This document shows positions 16,858 through 25,476 of a DNA stretch of 64,000 nucleotides, piece by piece. Below the pieces are notes generated by a model. It was given only the letters and a program-made list of their open reading frames with translations. It ran no database searches and was not told the DNA's origin. A program made the translations under genes and the position numbers. This DNA comes from Acholeplasmataceae bacterium UBA5769 (GTDB taxonomy: Bacteria > Bacillota_I > Bacilli_A > Acholeplasmatales > Acholeplasmataceae). The stretch's first letter is position 1, and the number at the start of each line of letters is the position of its first letter. Location of the stretch: assembly GCA_002418725.1 (NCBI GenBank), contig DIER01000011.1, forward strand, positions 19,344-83,343. Reading direction: 5' to 3'.

Positions 16858-18321
16858 TTACAATACCTTCTTTTTTGTAATTTTTAAAATCATACTTGAA
16901 AAAGCTATAATAACAACAAAGAATTCTAGTCTCCCAATAAACATACCAATCATAGATGTCCATAGCAGTGGTGCAGGTGTTTCGATGCCTATGATTCCAA
17001 TAGATAGGCCAACAGTGCCTAAAGATGAAGAAAATTCGAATAATGAAGACTCTAGGGAGTGACCATAAAACATAAACATTGATGTTCCAACCATAAGTGT
17101 AAGCAGATAGACCATAATAAATGAGTGATTATGATACAAATCTTCGGGTTCAATATCGTATTTTTTGCCAAATTTCATAATGTCGTAGGTATGAATTGTC
17201 CGTTGATGTGATAAACGATCACGAATATTCCAATACAACTCTTTAAGCATGATGCCTACTCGATATTGTTTAATACCTCCTGATGTTGAGCCTGCTTGTC
17301 CACCAATAATCATTAATATTATAACACTAAAGTTAAAAACGTATGGCATCTCTTGGAAAGAGGTTATCGTTTGAAATCCTGTTGTGGTGATCGCACTTAC
17401 ATATTGAAATAATGCTGTTCTCAAACCGAAAAGCCCTGTATGTGTAGTTAAAGTTAGCCATAATATACCGATAAAAATGATAGTTAAGACCACAAATAAC
17501 TTCGTTTCGATGTGTTGAAATGCTTTTTTGAATTTACCTTTGATGATATAAAGATGGATGATCATGTTTGTACTTCCCAGTAGCATCAACACTATGGTGA
17601 TAATTTCAATGGGAAAACTATGATAGTAACCAACAGATTCTGGATGGGTAGAAAAACCTCCTGTGGATAAACTTGCAATGGCATGATTGATTGCATCAAA
17701 AAATGTGACACCAAAAATCATATAGGATACTGTACCTAGAATAATGTATATCGTATACATGGATAAAATCAACCTTGCAGAACGGGCTAGATTAGGTAAT
17801 AGTTTATCGTTATGACCTTCTGCGTGATATAAACGCATTCCGTATTTATCTGAAATAGTGGAAGTTAAGATAAGAACTAAACCAATACCTCCAATAAACT
17901 GCATGATACTGCGATAGAGCAGAAGCATTTTTGATGCATTTGCTACATCAACCACAGTCAATCCAGTCGTTGAGTAACCACTTGTTGCTTCAAATAGACT
18001 TTGAGTTAGCGTATATTTTCCACTTAACAGCAAGGGTAATGAAGAAATAACGATAGCCAATATCCAAATAAAAACTAAAAGCACAGCATCTTGATGACGC
18101 TCCAATTTTTCTGGTTTTTTACCTCTGATTGTTTGACTCATTAAATAACCTAGTACCAATGAAGTTACACCAGGAATTATCCAATAATAAGCATCGGCTA
18201 TTTCGCTAGAATCAAAGAAAAGAACGATCAATGGAAGAAGTGTGATTGCTCCAATAAGCATCATAAAAACACCGAGATACCCAAAAATCATTGGGTATCC
18301 CTTTACTTGATTACTTTTCAT
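16858..18321 (-). CDS. trkH: TrkH-family potassium uptake membrane protein
   Basis: Four pore motifs SGYSTTG, TGGFST, TTTGF and LGTVG; GGQAGSTSGGIK. Start ATG 18321 overlaps the trkA stop; the track start is over-extended. Confidence 0.9.
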   Translation of the reverse strand: MKSNQVKGYPMIFGYLGVFMMLIGAITLLPLIVLFFDSSEIADAYYWIIPGVTSLVLGYLMSQTIRGKKPEKLERHQDAVLLVFIWILAIVISSLPLLLSGKYTLTQSLFEATSGYSTTGLTVVDVANASKMLLLYRSIMQFIGGIGLVLILTSTISDKYGMRLYHAEGHNDKLLPNLARSARLILSMYTIYIILGTVSYMIFGVTFFDAINHAIASLSTGGFSTHPESVGYYHSFPIEIITIVLMLLGSTNMIIHLYIIKGKFKKAFQHIETKLFVVLTIIFIGILWLTLTTHTGLFGLRTALFQYVSAITTTGFQTITSFQEMPYVFNFSVIILMIIGGQAGSTSGGIKQYRVGIMLKELYWNIRDRLSHQRTIHTYDIMKFGKKYDIEPEDLYHNHSFIMVYLLTLMVGTSMFMFYGHSLESSLFEFSSSLGTVGLSIGIIGIETPAPLLWTSMIGMFIGRLEFFVVIIAFSSMILKITKKKVL

Positions 18322-18988
18322 TTGCTTCAACCTTCCCTTGGATAAAATCAATCGCTTGTTTCTGTTTTTGTGGTGTTGAAATAAGAACAAGACGATCCTG
18401 TGGATAAATGGTTGTTTCCCCATTAACAATGATGACATCTGGGTCACGATAGATACACCCTATGTTAATAAAATCTGGAATATGTGCATCTCTAACTTTA
18501 AGATTTGCAATGGAGGACGTTTCTTCGACGATTATTTCAGTAATCATGATTTTCTCGTTTTCAATTGTCATCGTCTTCATGAAATCTTCAATAATGGACT
18601 CATTTTTGATGCTTTCACCTAATAAATAAGTAGAACTTATAACCGAGTCAATTCCCAGTTTCTTAAAAATGTCAACTCTTTTTGGATTTCTTACAACGCA
18701 TACGACTCTCTTAGCATTGAATAACTGCTTTGCTGTTATGCATGCCACATAATTATCGATATCATTGGTTGATAGAGCAATGAAAACATCTGCATCATAT
18801 GCGGCAGCATCTTCTAAGACATAAGCTTTTGTCGAATCTCCATAGAGGACAGGTATACGATTCGAACTACTGATATAAGTACCAAAGTCTCTATCAGAAT
18901 TGATGACAGTGAGATCATGTTTCTCTTGCTTGAACTTCTTAATGATGAAATCAGCCTCGTGTGTTCCATTGACAATTACAATTTTCAT
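18311..18988 (-). CDS. trkA: TrkA-family regulatory subunit (RCK_N plus RCK_C), degenerate GxGxxG
   Basis: GDST...LEDA, DVFIALSTNDIDN and a C-terminal TrkA_C-like segment. N-terminus reads IVIVNGTHEA. Confidence 0.8.
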   Translation of the reverse strand: MKIVIVNGTHEADFIIKKFKQEKHDLTVINSDRDFGTYISSSNRIPVLYGDSTKAYVLEDAAAYDADVFIALSTNDIDNYVACITAKQLFNAKRVVCVVRNPKRVDIFKKLGIDSVISSTYLLGESIKNESIIEDFMKTMTIENEKIMITEIIVEETSSIANLKVRDAHIPDFINIGCIYRDPDVIIVNGETTIYPQDRLVLISTPQKQKQAIDFIQGKVEANEK

Positions 18989-19404
18989 TTCTTCACCTTC
19001 TCACGTTTTTGACAAAAATCATCTATGGATAAAACAAACGGATAGATAGTCTGTATATTTGTTTTCTTGACTAAAACACCTTTATCATTATCTGTGAAGC
19101 GAACGTATATATTAGGAACGTGATATACATAAAAACAAAGGTGAGCAATAAATAAGTTGACATTGTCACTATCTGTTGTGATAATCACTTCATCAGCTTC
19201 ACGAATACTTGCTTCATTTTCTAGTATACTCATATCAGTTGCATCTCCGATGATGTCATAACCACTAAATGTCTCATTAAGCTTTCTAAATGATGTTTGT
19301 TCTTTGTCAACAATCAAAACATCTCTGCCTTGATCAGAAAGCATGGTAGCTATACTCGCACCTAACCTACCAGAACCAATGATGACACTTTTAGTTTTTT
19401 TCAT
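18985..19404 (-). CDS. TrkA-family protein, RCK_N domain only (139 aa)
   Basis: IIGSGRLG Rossmann motif, GDATD and ADEVIITTDSDNVN. ATG at 19404. Confidence 0.8.
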   Translation of the reverse strand: MKKTKSVIIGSGRLGASIATMLSDQGRDVLIVDKEQTSFRKLNETFSGYDIIGDATDMSILENEASIREADEVIITTDSDNVNLFIAHLCFYVYHVPNIYVRFTDNDKGVLVKKTNIQTIYPFVLSIDDFCQKREKVKK

Positions 19405-19582
19405 GGATTTCACCCACGACTTGAATCGTTTTGATGGCTGAAAAAGCCACATAATACGGACCATTGGTCGATTCAATTAATACGAATTGATCATATATAT
19501 CAATAACTTTCCCAACTAATGTTATGAATCCAGTTGTAGCATTTAAAGCGATTTTAATTTTTAAGCCAATTAACTCTTTCAT
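19391..19582 (-). CDS. Small 63-aa protein, Sm/Hfq-like or DUF2642-like beta fold suspected
   Basis: RBS AAGGAGG then ATG 19582; first gene of the trk-kdp operon. Sequence GKVIDIYDQFVLIES...YVAFSAIKTI. Confidence 0.7.
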   Translation of the reverse strand: MKELIGLKIKIALNATTGFITLVGKVIDIYDQFVLIESTNGPYYVAFSAIKTIQVVGEIHEKN

Positions 19583-19628
19583 TTCACAAACCTCCTTGAA
19601 ATACATATTTAGTTTATTCTTCTCAGTA

Positions 19629-19706
19629 TTAAGATTCTATTCATATTTTGCGTATTGATGTTAAGATTGCATTAAGATGCTTTTTAAGCAATACTTAAGA
19701 TTTAAG
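19629..19706. promoter_or_regulatory. Array of TTAAG(AT) direct repeats, probable OmpR-family binding sites
   Basis: TTAAG starts at 19629, 19661, 19672, 19684, 19695 and 19702, with 11, 12 and 11 bp spacing in the core. Confidence 0.6.
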
Positions 19707-19759
19707 TAAGGGATAAGATAGTTCTTTTTGGTAGACTAAAAACCAAAGGAGGGGAGAAA

Positions 19760-20248
19760 ATGCAACCATTTGTTGTACCATGGTCGTTTTTTATGACGTA
19801 TGATTATGAACAAAATGAACTCAAAATCTATCCTTCAGAAGAATTTAAGCGTAAAATGAAATTAGAAAGCGATACGTTTCTTGTTCAGGGTGATGAGATT
19901 AGAGAACTCATCCATAAATACGACTACCGCAAACTCATTTATTTTAGTCAAAATCCACTGGTTCAACCTTTTGATACGGTGTTAAGGATGAGACTATCTG
20001 TCGACATGTCATATTTAAGAACGCAAGCGATTTGTCAAAGCCATACCAAAGGATTTCATTGTTTGCTCATTGAAGACAAATATCTACATAGGCTTCGTCC
20101 ACTTTGGCACCTCGAAAGACATGAGATCAAACAGATTGCCCTGTTAGATCCATCTATCTATTCCATTGATCAAGCAGCTGAAGTTGAGCTTTTTAAAGCA
20201 CATTTATTGAAAATACTTGATAAACCTAACGAATTAATAAATACGTAA
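19760..20248 (+). CDS. Hypothetical protein (162 aa)
   Basis: RBS AAGGAGGGG; no recognised motif. Confidence 0.7.
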   Translation: MQPFVVPWSFFMTYDYEQNELKIYPSEEFKRKMKLESDTFLVQGDEIRELIHKYDYRKLIYFSQNPLVQPFDTVLRMRLSVDMSYLRTQAICQSHTKGFHCLLIEDKYLHRLRPLWHLERHEIKQIALLDPSIYSIDQAAEVELFKAHLLKILDKPNELINT

Positions 20249-20323
20249 TAATCCCGTCAGTTGGTCGTAATATATTCTATGTATAATGAAGGCATCCTAG
20301 ATCAAAAGGAAGAGGTGCATGGT

Positions 20324-20638
20324 ATGAAATATATCATCATGGCACTCACAGTGATGCTCGCAGCTATGTTATTTCTATTAGAGGTGTCTAAAACACAAGC
20401 GACAACCGTTGACATTAATGAAATCATTTTTGAAGACGCACAAGGGAATATCGTTTACCATGAACATGTTGCCTCTGGCGCATCGTTAGAAGGTTTTCAA
20501 TTACCAGAAGGTCCACAAAGAGCAGGTTATGTGTTCGTGGGTTGGAGTGGTGAGTTACCAGAGTATATGCCTCATGCTGATTTGGTTTATGTAGCCATCT
20601 ACTTAGAACAAGTCTTAAGTTTAAATGTAGCCATTTAA
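20324..20638 (+). CDS. Small exported/membrane-anchored protein with a single InlB B-repeat (Listeria-Bacteroides repeat)-like unit
   Basis: N-terminal hydrophobic segment, then IIFED.QG...P.RAGYVFVGWSGELPEYMPHADLVYVAIY. ATG 20324 with RBS GAGGTG. Confidence 0.65.
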   Translation: MKYIIMALTVMLAAMLFLLEVSKTQATTVDINEIIFEDAQGNIVYHEHVASGASLEGFQLPEGPQRAGYVFVGWSGELPEYMPHADLVYVAIYLEQVLSLNVAI

Positions 20639-20639
20639 G

Positions 20640-20697
20640 AAAGCACGCAAGTGCTTTTTATTTTCATCATATAAAGAAGGCTACAAAGCCTTTTTTT
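20640..20697 (+). terminator. Two tandem terminator-like hairpins
   Basis: AAAGCAC-GCAA-GTGCTTTTT (20640-59) and AAGGCT-ACAA-AGCCTTTTTTT (20677-97). Confidence 0.55.
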
Positions 20698-20814
20698 GTT
20701 AAGATAAGTATGAAGTCGAATGCCTGAAGATAAGGCTTATGATGATATAATAAAGGCTAATAGAAAGGGGATTCATGTGATTCTTTCAATTTAGGATTCA
20801 TATGATATGCAATC

Positions 20815-21549
20815 ATGTATATAGCAAGTATTAACTTAAGAATAAATGTTGATGTTGATGGCTTAAATGCTTGGCCCTACCGCAAGAAGAAGATGATTGA
20901 TTTTATCTTAAAAGAGAATTTTGATTTTATAGGATGTCAAGAAGCTTCGCCACTGATGATAAGTGATCTTACAGAAGGGATCGGTCATCTTTATGATGTG
21001 GTTTTTGAACCAAGAGATGAACGCGGCGAAAGCACACCCATCTTTTATAAAAAAACGAACCAACCGGTCGCATGTGGTACGAAGTGGCTGACAGATACAC
21101 CAAATGTTTTATCTCAAATCAAAGGCAGTCATTTTCCTAGAATCGTCACCTATGCAAGATTTAAAGATGTTTTATTATTTAATACCCATCTGGATTATGC
21201 CTCTGATGATGTTTGTCATAAACAAGCAACTTTCTTAGTGGATATCATCAAACACATCGCTTACGAAAAGGAACCTATCGTCATTACTGGTGATTTTAAT
21301 ATGAAGCCACATTCAAAGACGATATCCTTCATGGAAACAGAGTTTAAAACATGTTATCATCAGCCATCGGATCATCTGTTAACGTATCACGCTTTTACTG
21401 ATGAAACAAAAGGACAACCGATTGACTATATTTTTTACTCAAATCATTTCTACCCAGAGCGTTTCAATATCCATCATCACGAAAAGAAGCATGTTTACAT
21501 GAGTGATCATTACCCCATCTCTGTATATTTAAGCAAATTTAGATTTTAA
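20815..21549 (+). CDS. Endonuclease/exonuclease/phosphatase family protein
   Basis: SINLR, GCQE, FNTHLD, ITGDFN, IDYIF and SDHYP motifs. Confidence 0.88.
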   Translation: MYIASINLRINVDVDGLNAWPYRKKKMIDFILKENFDFIGCQEASPLMISDLTEGIGHLYDVVFEPRDERGESTPIFYKKTNQPVACGTKWLTDTPNVLSQIKGSHFPRIVTYARFKDVLLFNTHLDYASDDVCHKQATFLVDIIKHIAYEKEPIVITGDFNMKPHSKTISFMETEFKTCYHQPSDHLLTYHAFTDETKGQPIDYIFYSNHFYPERFNIHHHEKKHVYMSDHYPISVYLSKFRF

Positions 21550-21554
21550 AATAT

Positions 21555-21587
21555 AAAAAAAGCACAGGTCAAATGACGTGTGCTTTT
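21555..21587. terminator. Bidirectional terminator (EEP gene / tRNA)
   Basis: AAAAGCACA...TGTGCTTTT inverted repeat. Confidence 0.7.
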
Positions 21588-21598
21588 GGTTTATAAAG

Positions 21599-21674
21599 TG
21601 GTACCCCCTGTAGGGCTCGAACCTACGACCCACTGATTAAGAGTCAGTTGCTCTACCAACTGAGCTAAGGAGGC
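21599..21674 (-). tRNA. trnK: tRNA-Lys (anticodon CTT), 76 nt, CCA encoded
   Basis: Reverse complement is GCCTCCTTAGCTCAGTTGGTAGAGCAACTGACTCTTAATCAGTGGGTCGTAGGTTCGAGCCCTACAGGGGGTACCA, with D-arm, CTT anticodon loop and GTTCGA T-loop. Confidence 0.97.
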
Positions 21675-21695
21675 ACATGAAACCGTGCACTGATA

Positions 21696-21723
21696 ATTAT
21701 AACATAGGATTTTTAAATTGCAA
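21696..21723 (-). promoter_or_regulatory. tRNA promoter
   Basis: Minus strand TTGCAA, 16 nt, TATAAT with extended TG. Confidence 0.65.
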
Positions 21724-21768
21724 GACAAAACCGCATAAAAAATCCATTTTTATTAGGCACTTTCATGC

Positions 21769-22128
21769 TCACATCTTGGCGCGTTCAATGACCTCATCAC
21801 ACACGCGGTATGCAAGGTTTATATAATCAGGTTTTTCCAAAGGAAAAAGAATAGCTGATTTACCAAACTTTATGCGAGGGATCTTTCGTTCTTTAAAAGA
21901 CTCGACGTATGAAAAATCAGTTGTATATAAAGAGAAGTGTTGTTTTCCTCCGCCTAACATGATGAACAGTTTAGGCTTTAATTTTAGCATAGGTCTTTGA
22001 TAGGATAAGACGATGTCATAAGTTGGGTAATTTTTCTTTAAGTAAGTCAAAACCTGCTCTGTCCACGTACGCAAAGGATTTTCAAGGGTATTTAAATAAT
22101 CATCGATCGTTTTAAACAAGAGCGTCAC
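21769..22128 (-). CDS. DUF1801/YdhG-like protein
   Basis: IDDYL...LSYQRP...KQHFSLY pattern. Start uncertain (GTG 22128 or a downstream TTG). Confidence 0.65.
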   Translation of the reverse strand: MTLLFKTIDDYLNTLENPLRTWTEQVLTYLKKNYPTYDIVLSYQRPMLKLKPKLFIMLGGGKQHFSLYTTDFSYVESFKERKIPRIKFGKSAILFPLEKPDYINLAYRVCDEVIERAKM

Positions 22129-23323
22129 TCTCCTTTTGTTTCTTTAATGTCTTCGATAAATAAATGAGCACTGCGATACCTGCACATTCCATTAAAATCA
22201 CAAATCCAACAACAAGGTAGAGGTTCATATCATAGGTGATACCGATGATTAGACTACCGATAAACCAAAACAAGCCAAATACGGTAGCGAAAATACCATA
22301 ACCTCTCGCACGGTGTGTTTTAGGAATCAGTTTTGCAACAACAGCCTTTAAAACGGATTCTTGAGCTCCCATACCAATACCCCATAAAATAACACCTAAA
22401 ACAAGGCTCCATGTCTGTTGAAAAAGAAGGATGAATAAAGGTGCCAAACTGGAAAGAAAAATGGGGAAGGTCAATGTAATGATACCCTTTTTATCAAACC
22501 AGTGTCCAGCAATAAGTGCTGCAATTGCATCAACACCCATCGCGAGTGCGTAAAGCAGTGGGATGGCAGTGCTTGTGATCAATTGATTCGAATCGATATG
22601 GTATGCGATGACAGGATAATCCATAAATCCCATGGCGATCAAGGAAATGGCAACCATATAAATGACAAAAGTACGGTATTTTTTAATATCTTTGACTTCT
22701 GTTTTGGTTTGTTCAAATTGATCAGGATTGGGATATTTAAATCGTGCGAAAACCAAAATACATAACGTTACAATCGCGAAAATTCCTAAAATAAGAAAAG
22801 CAAATCGGTAATTATCGAGTGAACCCCCACCACGTGAGGATAAGATAAAGAAGACAATAAGTGGTCCTAAAAATGCACCCAGTTGATCTAAAGCTTCGTT
22901 GATAGCAAAAGCTTTGCCTGCACCTAAATGGGGTTGTGTAAACGAGGTTAATGTGGATTTTGCTGGGGCCCTGATGGCTTTACCAACACGTTCTAGTAAA
23001 ATAAGAATAATCGCAACTTCCCAAAAAGATTCTCCAACAAGACCTAATAGCGGAATGGCAAGTAAATTAATGGCATATCCCACGATCATCATGGTCCAAT
23101 ATTTCTTCGTTTTATCTGCAATCCAACCGGTCAAAAGTCTTAACGCTTGCCCAATAAATTCACCTAAACCTGCAGTAAATGAAATAATGAGTGCAGATGC
23201 ACCAATGATGCCTAAATAAGGGCCGTAAATACTTCTAGCACCCTCATGTGTAAAATCAGAGAAAAAAGAAATAATACCTAAAAGCAGAATGAATAGCAAA
23301 GCACGCTTTTTCATATCTTTCAT
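22112..23323 (-). CDS. MFS transporter
   Basis: About 12 TM segments; GWIADKTKK; RVGKAIRAP; RARGYG. Confidence 0.88.
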   Translation of the reverse strand: MKDMKKRALLFILLLGIISFFSDFTHEGARSIYGPYLGIIGASALIISFTAGLGEFIGQALRLLTGWIADKTKKYWTMMIVGYAINLLAIPLLGLVGESFWEVAIILILLERVGKAIRAPAKSTLTSFTQPHLGAGKAFAINEALDQLGAFLGPLIVFFILSSRGGGSLDNYRFAFLILGIFAIVTLCILVFARFKYPNPDQFEQTKTEVKDIKKYRTFVIYMVAISLIAMGFMDYPVIAYHIDSNQLITSTAIPLLYALAMGVDAIAALIAGHWFDKKGIITLTFPIFLSSLAPLFILLFQQTWSLVLGVILWGIGMGAQESVLKAVVAKLIPKTHRARGYGIFATVFGLFWFIGSLIIGITYDMNLYLVVGFVILMECAGIAVLIYLSKTLKKQKESDALV

Positions 23324-23445
23324 CGATCATCACCCCTATTACTTTTTATTATAAGTTATAAACGTCATCCGTGTTTCAGAAAATCTCCTTTTTTTAGCTA
23401 TCCTTATCATGATATAATGATTTTAGTGTGAAAGAAGGCTTAACT

Positions 23446-23922
23446 ATGTATGCGTACACCTTAGCTTTTATTCAAAAAGAAGATCACATCTTAATGATAA
23501 ACCGTGAAAAGAAGCCTTGGAAAGGCTGCTGGAATGGTTTAGGTGGTAAACTTAAAGTCGGAGAAGATCCCGTAAACAGTGTGATTCGTGAGCTTTTTGA
23601 GGAAACGAGTTATCAGATTACATCAGAACAAGTGAAAGATTGTGGGTATTTGACGTGGAACACGTTTGATGCAAACGGACAAGGATTGTATCTCTATTTG
23701 ATTGATGGTAAACATCTGCCTGATTTAAAGACACCTATGCACACCGCTGAAGGTATTTTAGACTGGAAAATGATTTCCTGGATTAATGATGATGCTAATG
23801 TAGGCGTCGCACATAACATTAAATACTTTCTACCAACGATGATTTCATCCAATCATCGCTATCATTATCATTGTCATTTTGAAGGTGAGACTTTAGTCTC
23901 AGTGACCAAGGAGTTGATTTAA
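23446..23922 (+). CDS. NUDIX hydrolase (MutT/8-oxo-dGTPase-like)
   Basis: Nudix box GGKLKVGEDPVNSVIRELFEET. ATG 23446 follows RBS AGAAGG. Confidence 0.85.
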   Translation: MYAYTLAFIQKEDHILMINREKKPWKGCWNGLGGKLKVGEDPVNSVIRELFEETSYQITSEQVKDCGYLTWNTFDANGQGLYLYLIDGKHLPDLKTPMHTAEGILDWKMISWINDDANVGVAHNIKYFLPTMISSNHRYHYHCHFEGETLVSVTKELI

Positions 23923-24393
23923 GTGACTATTTTATATATTTCGCTTGGTGCCATTGCCGTTGCCCTCATCGTCTATATCGTCATGCACATCCATCAGCAG
24001 AAGATGAGTAAAGAAGTTCAAGAAAAAACTGAAAAAAGTTTAAAAACATATGGCGAAGTCACCAAAGAACATCACCATACGTTTTTAACCATCGATGATG
24101 TAACCTACCAAATTGTTTATGTCCATGTATCATCAAGTGCAGAATTAACCATCAATTCAACAACGATTTGGGAAGTTAGAGAATACGGAAAATCAAGACT
24201 GATCCATCAGGGACATCTCATGACATCAAAAACACCAAAGATTGTTGTGGTCTATCCTTTGACACAAGTCATTAAACGTTATATCAATGAAAATGAAATG
24301 GAATTTGTGAAATATAACAAGATGTTTTATAACATGTATGTGGTGCGCCACTTTGAACTTGATTCCCTTTTAGAGGAATTGACTCATGCGTAA
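23923..24393 (+). CDS. Hypothetical N-terminally anchored membrane protein
   Basis: One N-terminal TM helix; tightly packed in an operon. Confidence 0.7.
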   Translation: MTILYISLGAIAVALIVYIVMHIHQQKMSKEVQEKTEKSLKTYGEVTKEHHHTFLTIDDVTYQIVYVHVSSSAELTINSTTIWEVREYGKSRLIHQGHLMTSKTPKIVVVYPLTQVIKRYINENEMEFVKYNKMFYNMYVVRHFELDSLLEELTHA

Positions 24394-25333
24394 GACAGCG
24401 GTTTTTCTCATCCTTTTAGGCTTGCCTTTCTTGCTTTCAGCCTGTCAATCCTACGAGATTGTTTACACCGATGACGATCCTTTTATCCTAGAGATGAAAG
24501 GTGATGATTTAAACATATTACAAATCACTGATCTACATTTAACATACGGTTATGATTATCGTGACAGACAAACGTTTCAATTGATTGAAACATTAAATCA
24601 AAAAGATGATTATGATTTAATCGTCATCACGGGTGATTTAACGATGTCACCTTCAGGTCCCGCTATTTTTGCGAAGTTGATTGATTTTATGGAAAGCTTA
24701 AGAACGCCATGGACGTTTGTCTTTGGAAATCACGAAACTGATTTTCATACGTATGGTGATTTTCTAAGACGTATACCTAAAGATACAACCTATTTATATT
24801 TCAAAGTGGGTCCAGAGATAGAAAATGGTGGTGTAGGCAATTTTCACTTCACCATCACAAAGGAAGGCATACCATTTTATAGATTATACATGCTTGATTC
24901 GAAAGCAGAACGTAAAGTTTATACCGAAGAAGAAGGTGTCTATGATTATCTTTCAACAAGTCAAGTCGATTGGTATAAACATCATGTAACAACCGATACG
25001 ACAAAAAGCATCGTCTTCATGCACATTCCTTTAAGACAGTTTATTGACGTGGAAACCTATGATGGTAATTTTTTGGAAGATAAAGTTTATGCACAAGGTG
25101 TAGATACCGGATTTTTTGATGCCATGGTTTTCCATGGTAAATCGGTTGCAGTTTTTGTGGGTCATGACCATTTAAATGATTTTTCTTTCATGAAAGATGG
25201 TGTTTTGTTAGCCTATGGACGTGCTACAGGTCTTAATGGTTACGGTAATTTAGAAAAGGGTGGCAGACACATCGAAGTCAAACAGGATGGCACGCTTTAC
25301 ACAATCATCATGACAGGAGTGAGTCAACCATGA
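24386..25333 (+). CDS. Calcineurin-like metallophosphoesterase, lipoprotein
   Basis: Lipobox LSAC; DLH, TGD, GNHE, HIP and GHDH motifs. Confidence 0.88.
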   Translation: MRKTAVFLILLGLPFLLSACQSYEIVYTDDDPFILEMKGDDLNILQITDLHLTYGYDYRDRQTFQLIETLNQKDDYDLIVITGDLTMSPSGPAIFAKLIDFMESLRTPWTFVFGNHETDFHTYGDFLRRIPKDTTYLYFKVGPEIENGGVGNFHFTITKEGIPFYRLYMLDSKAERKVYTEEEGVYDYLSTSQVDWYKHHVTTDTTKSIVFMHIPLRQFIDVETYDGNFLEDKVYAQGVDTGFFDAMVFHGKSVAVFVGHDHLNDFSFMKDGVLLAYGRATGLNGYGNLEKGGRHIEVKQDGTLYTIIMTGVSQP

Positions 25334-25476
25334 ATTTAAAACATCGTTTTTATGTGTTTTTCTCATCGTTTACATGGGCGATTATAGGCTTGTTTTTAAC
25401 GGGTTCGCTTCTGTTTTTGATGTTGCCATTATTCGCCATACTCTATGTTATTGTAGGAGGTAAAAAACATGTTTGA
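25330..25476 (+). CDS. Small 48-aa hydrophobic protein (missing from the ORF track)
   Basis: MNLKHRFYVFFSSFTWAIIGLFLTGSLLFLMLPLFAILYVIVGGKKHV*. ATGA overlap with the upstream stop; its own stop overlaps the next start. RBS-like GGAGTGAG. Confidence 0.6.
   Translation: MNLKHRFYVFFSSFTWAIIGLFLTGSLLFLMLPLFAILYVIVGGKKHV

Noticed and set aside
14694-19582. trk-kdp block looks AT-richer (five hand-counted 60-mers about 29% GC), suggesting horizontal acquisition
   Set aside because: The sample is too small, other lines elsewhere were as low, and no mobility genes or flanking repeats were seen. Needs a sliding-window GC and codon analysis.
21599-21674. tRNA-Lys as an integration site for an island
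   Set aside because: No duplicated 3' tRNA end, integrase or phage genes were seen in the window.
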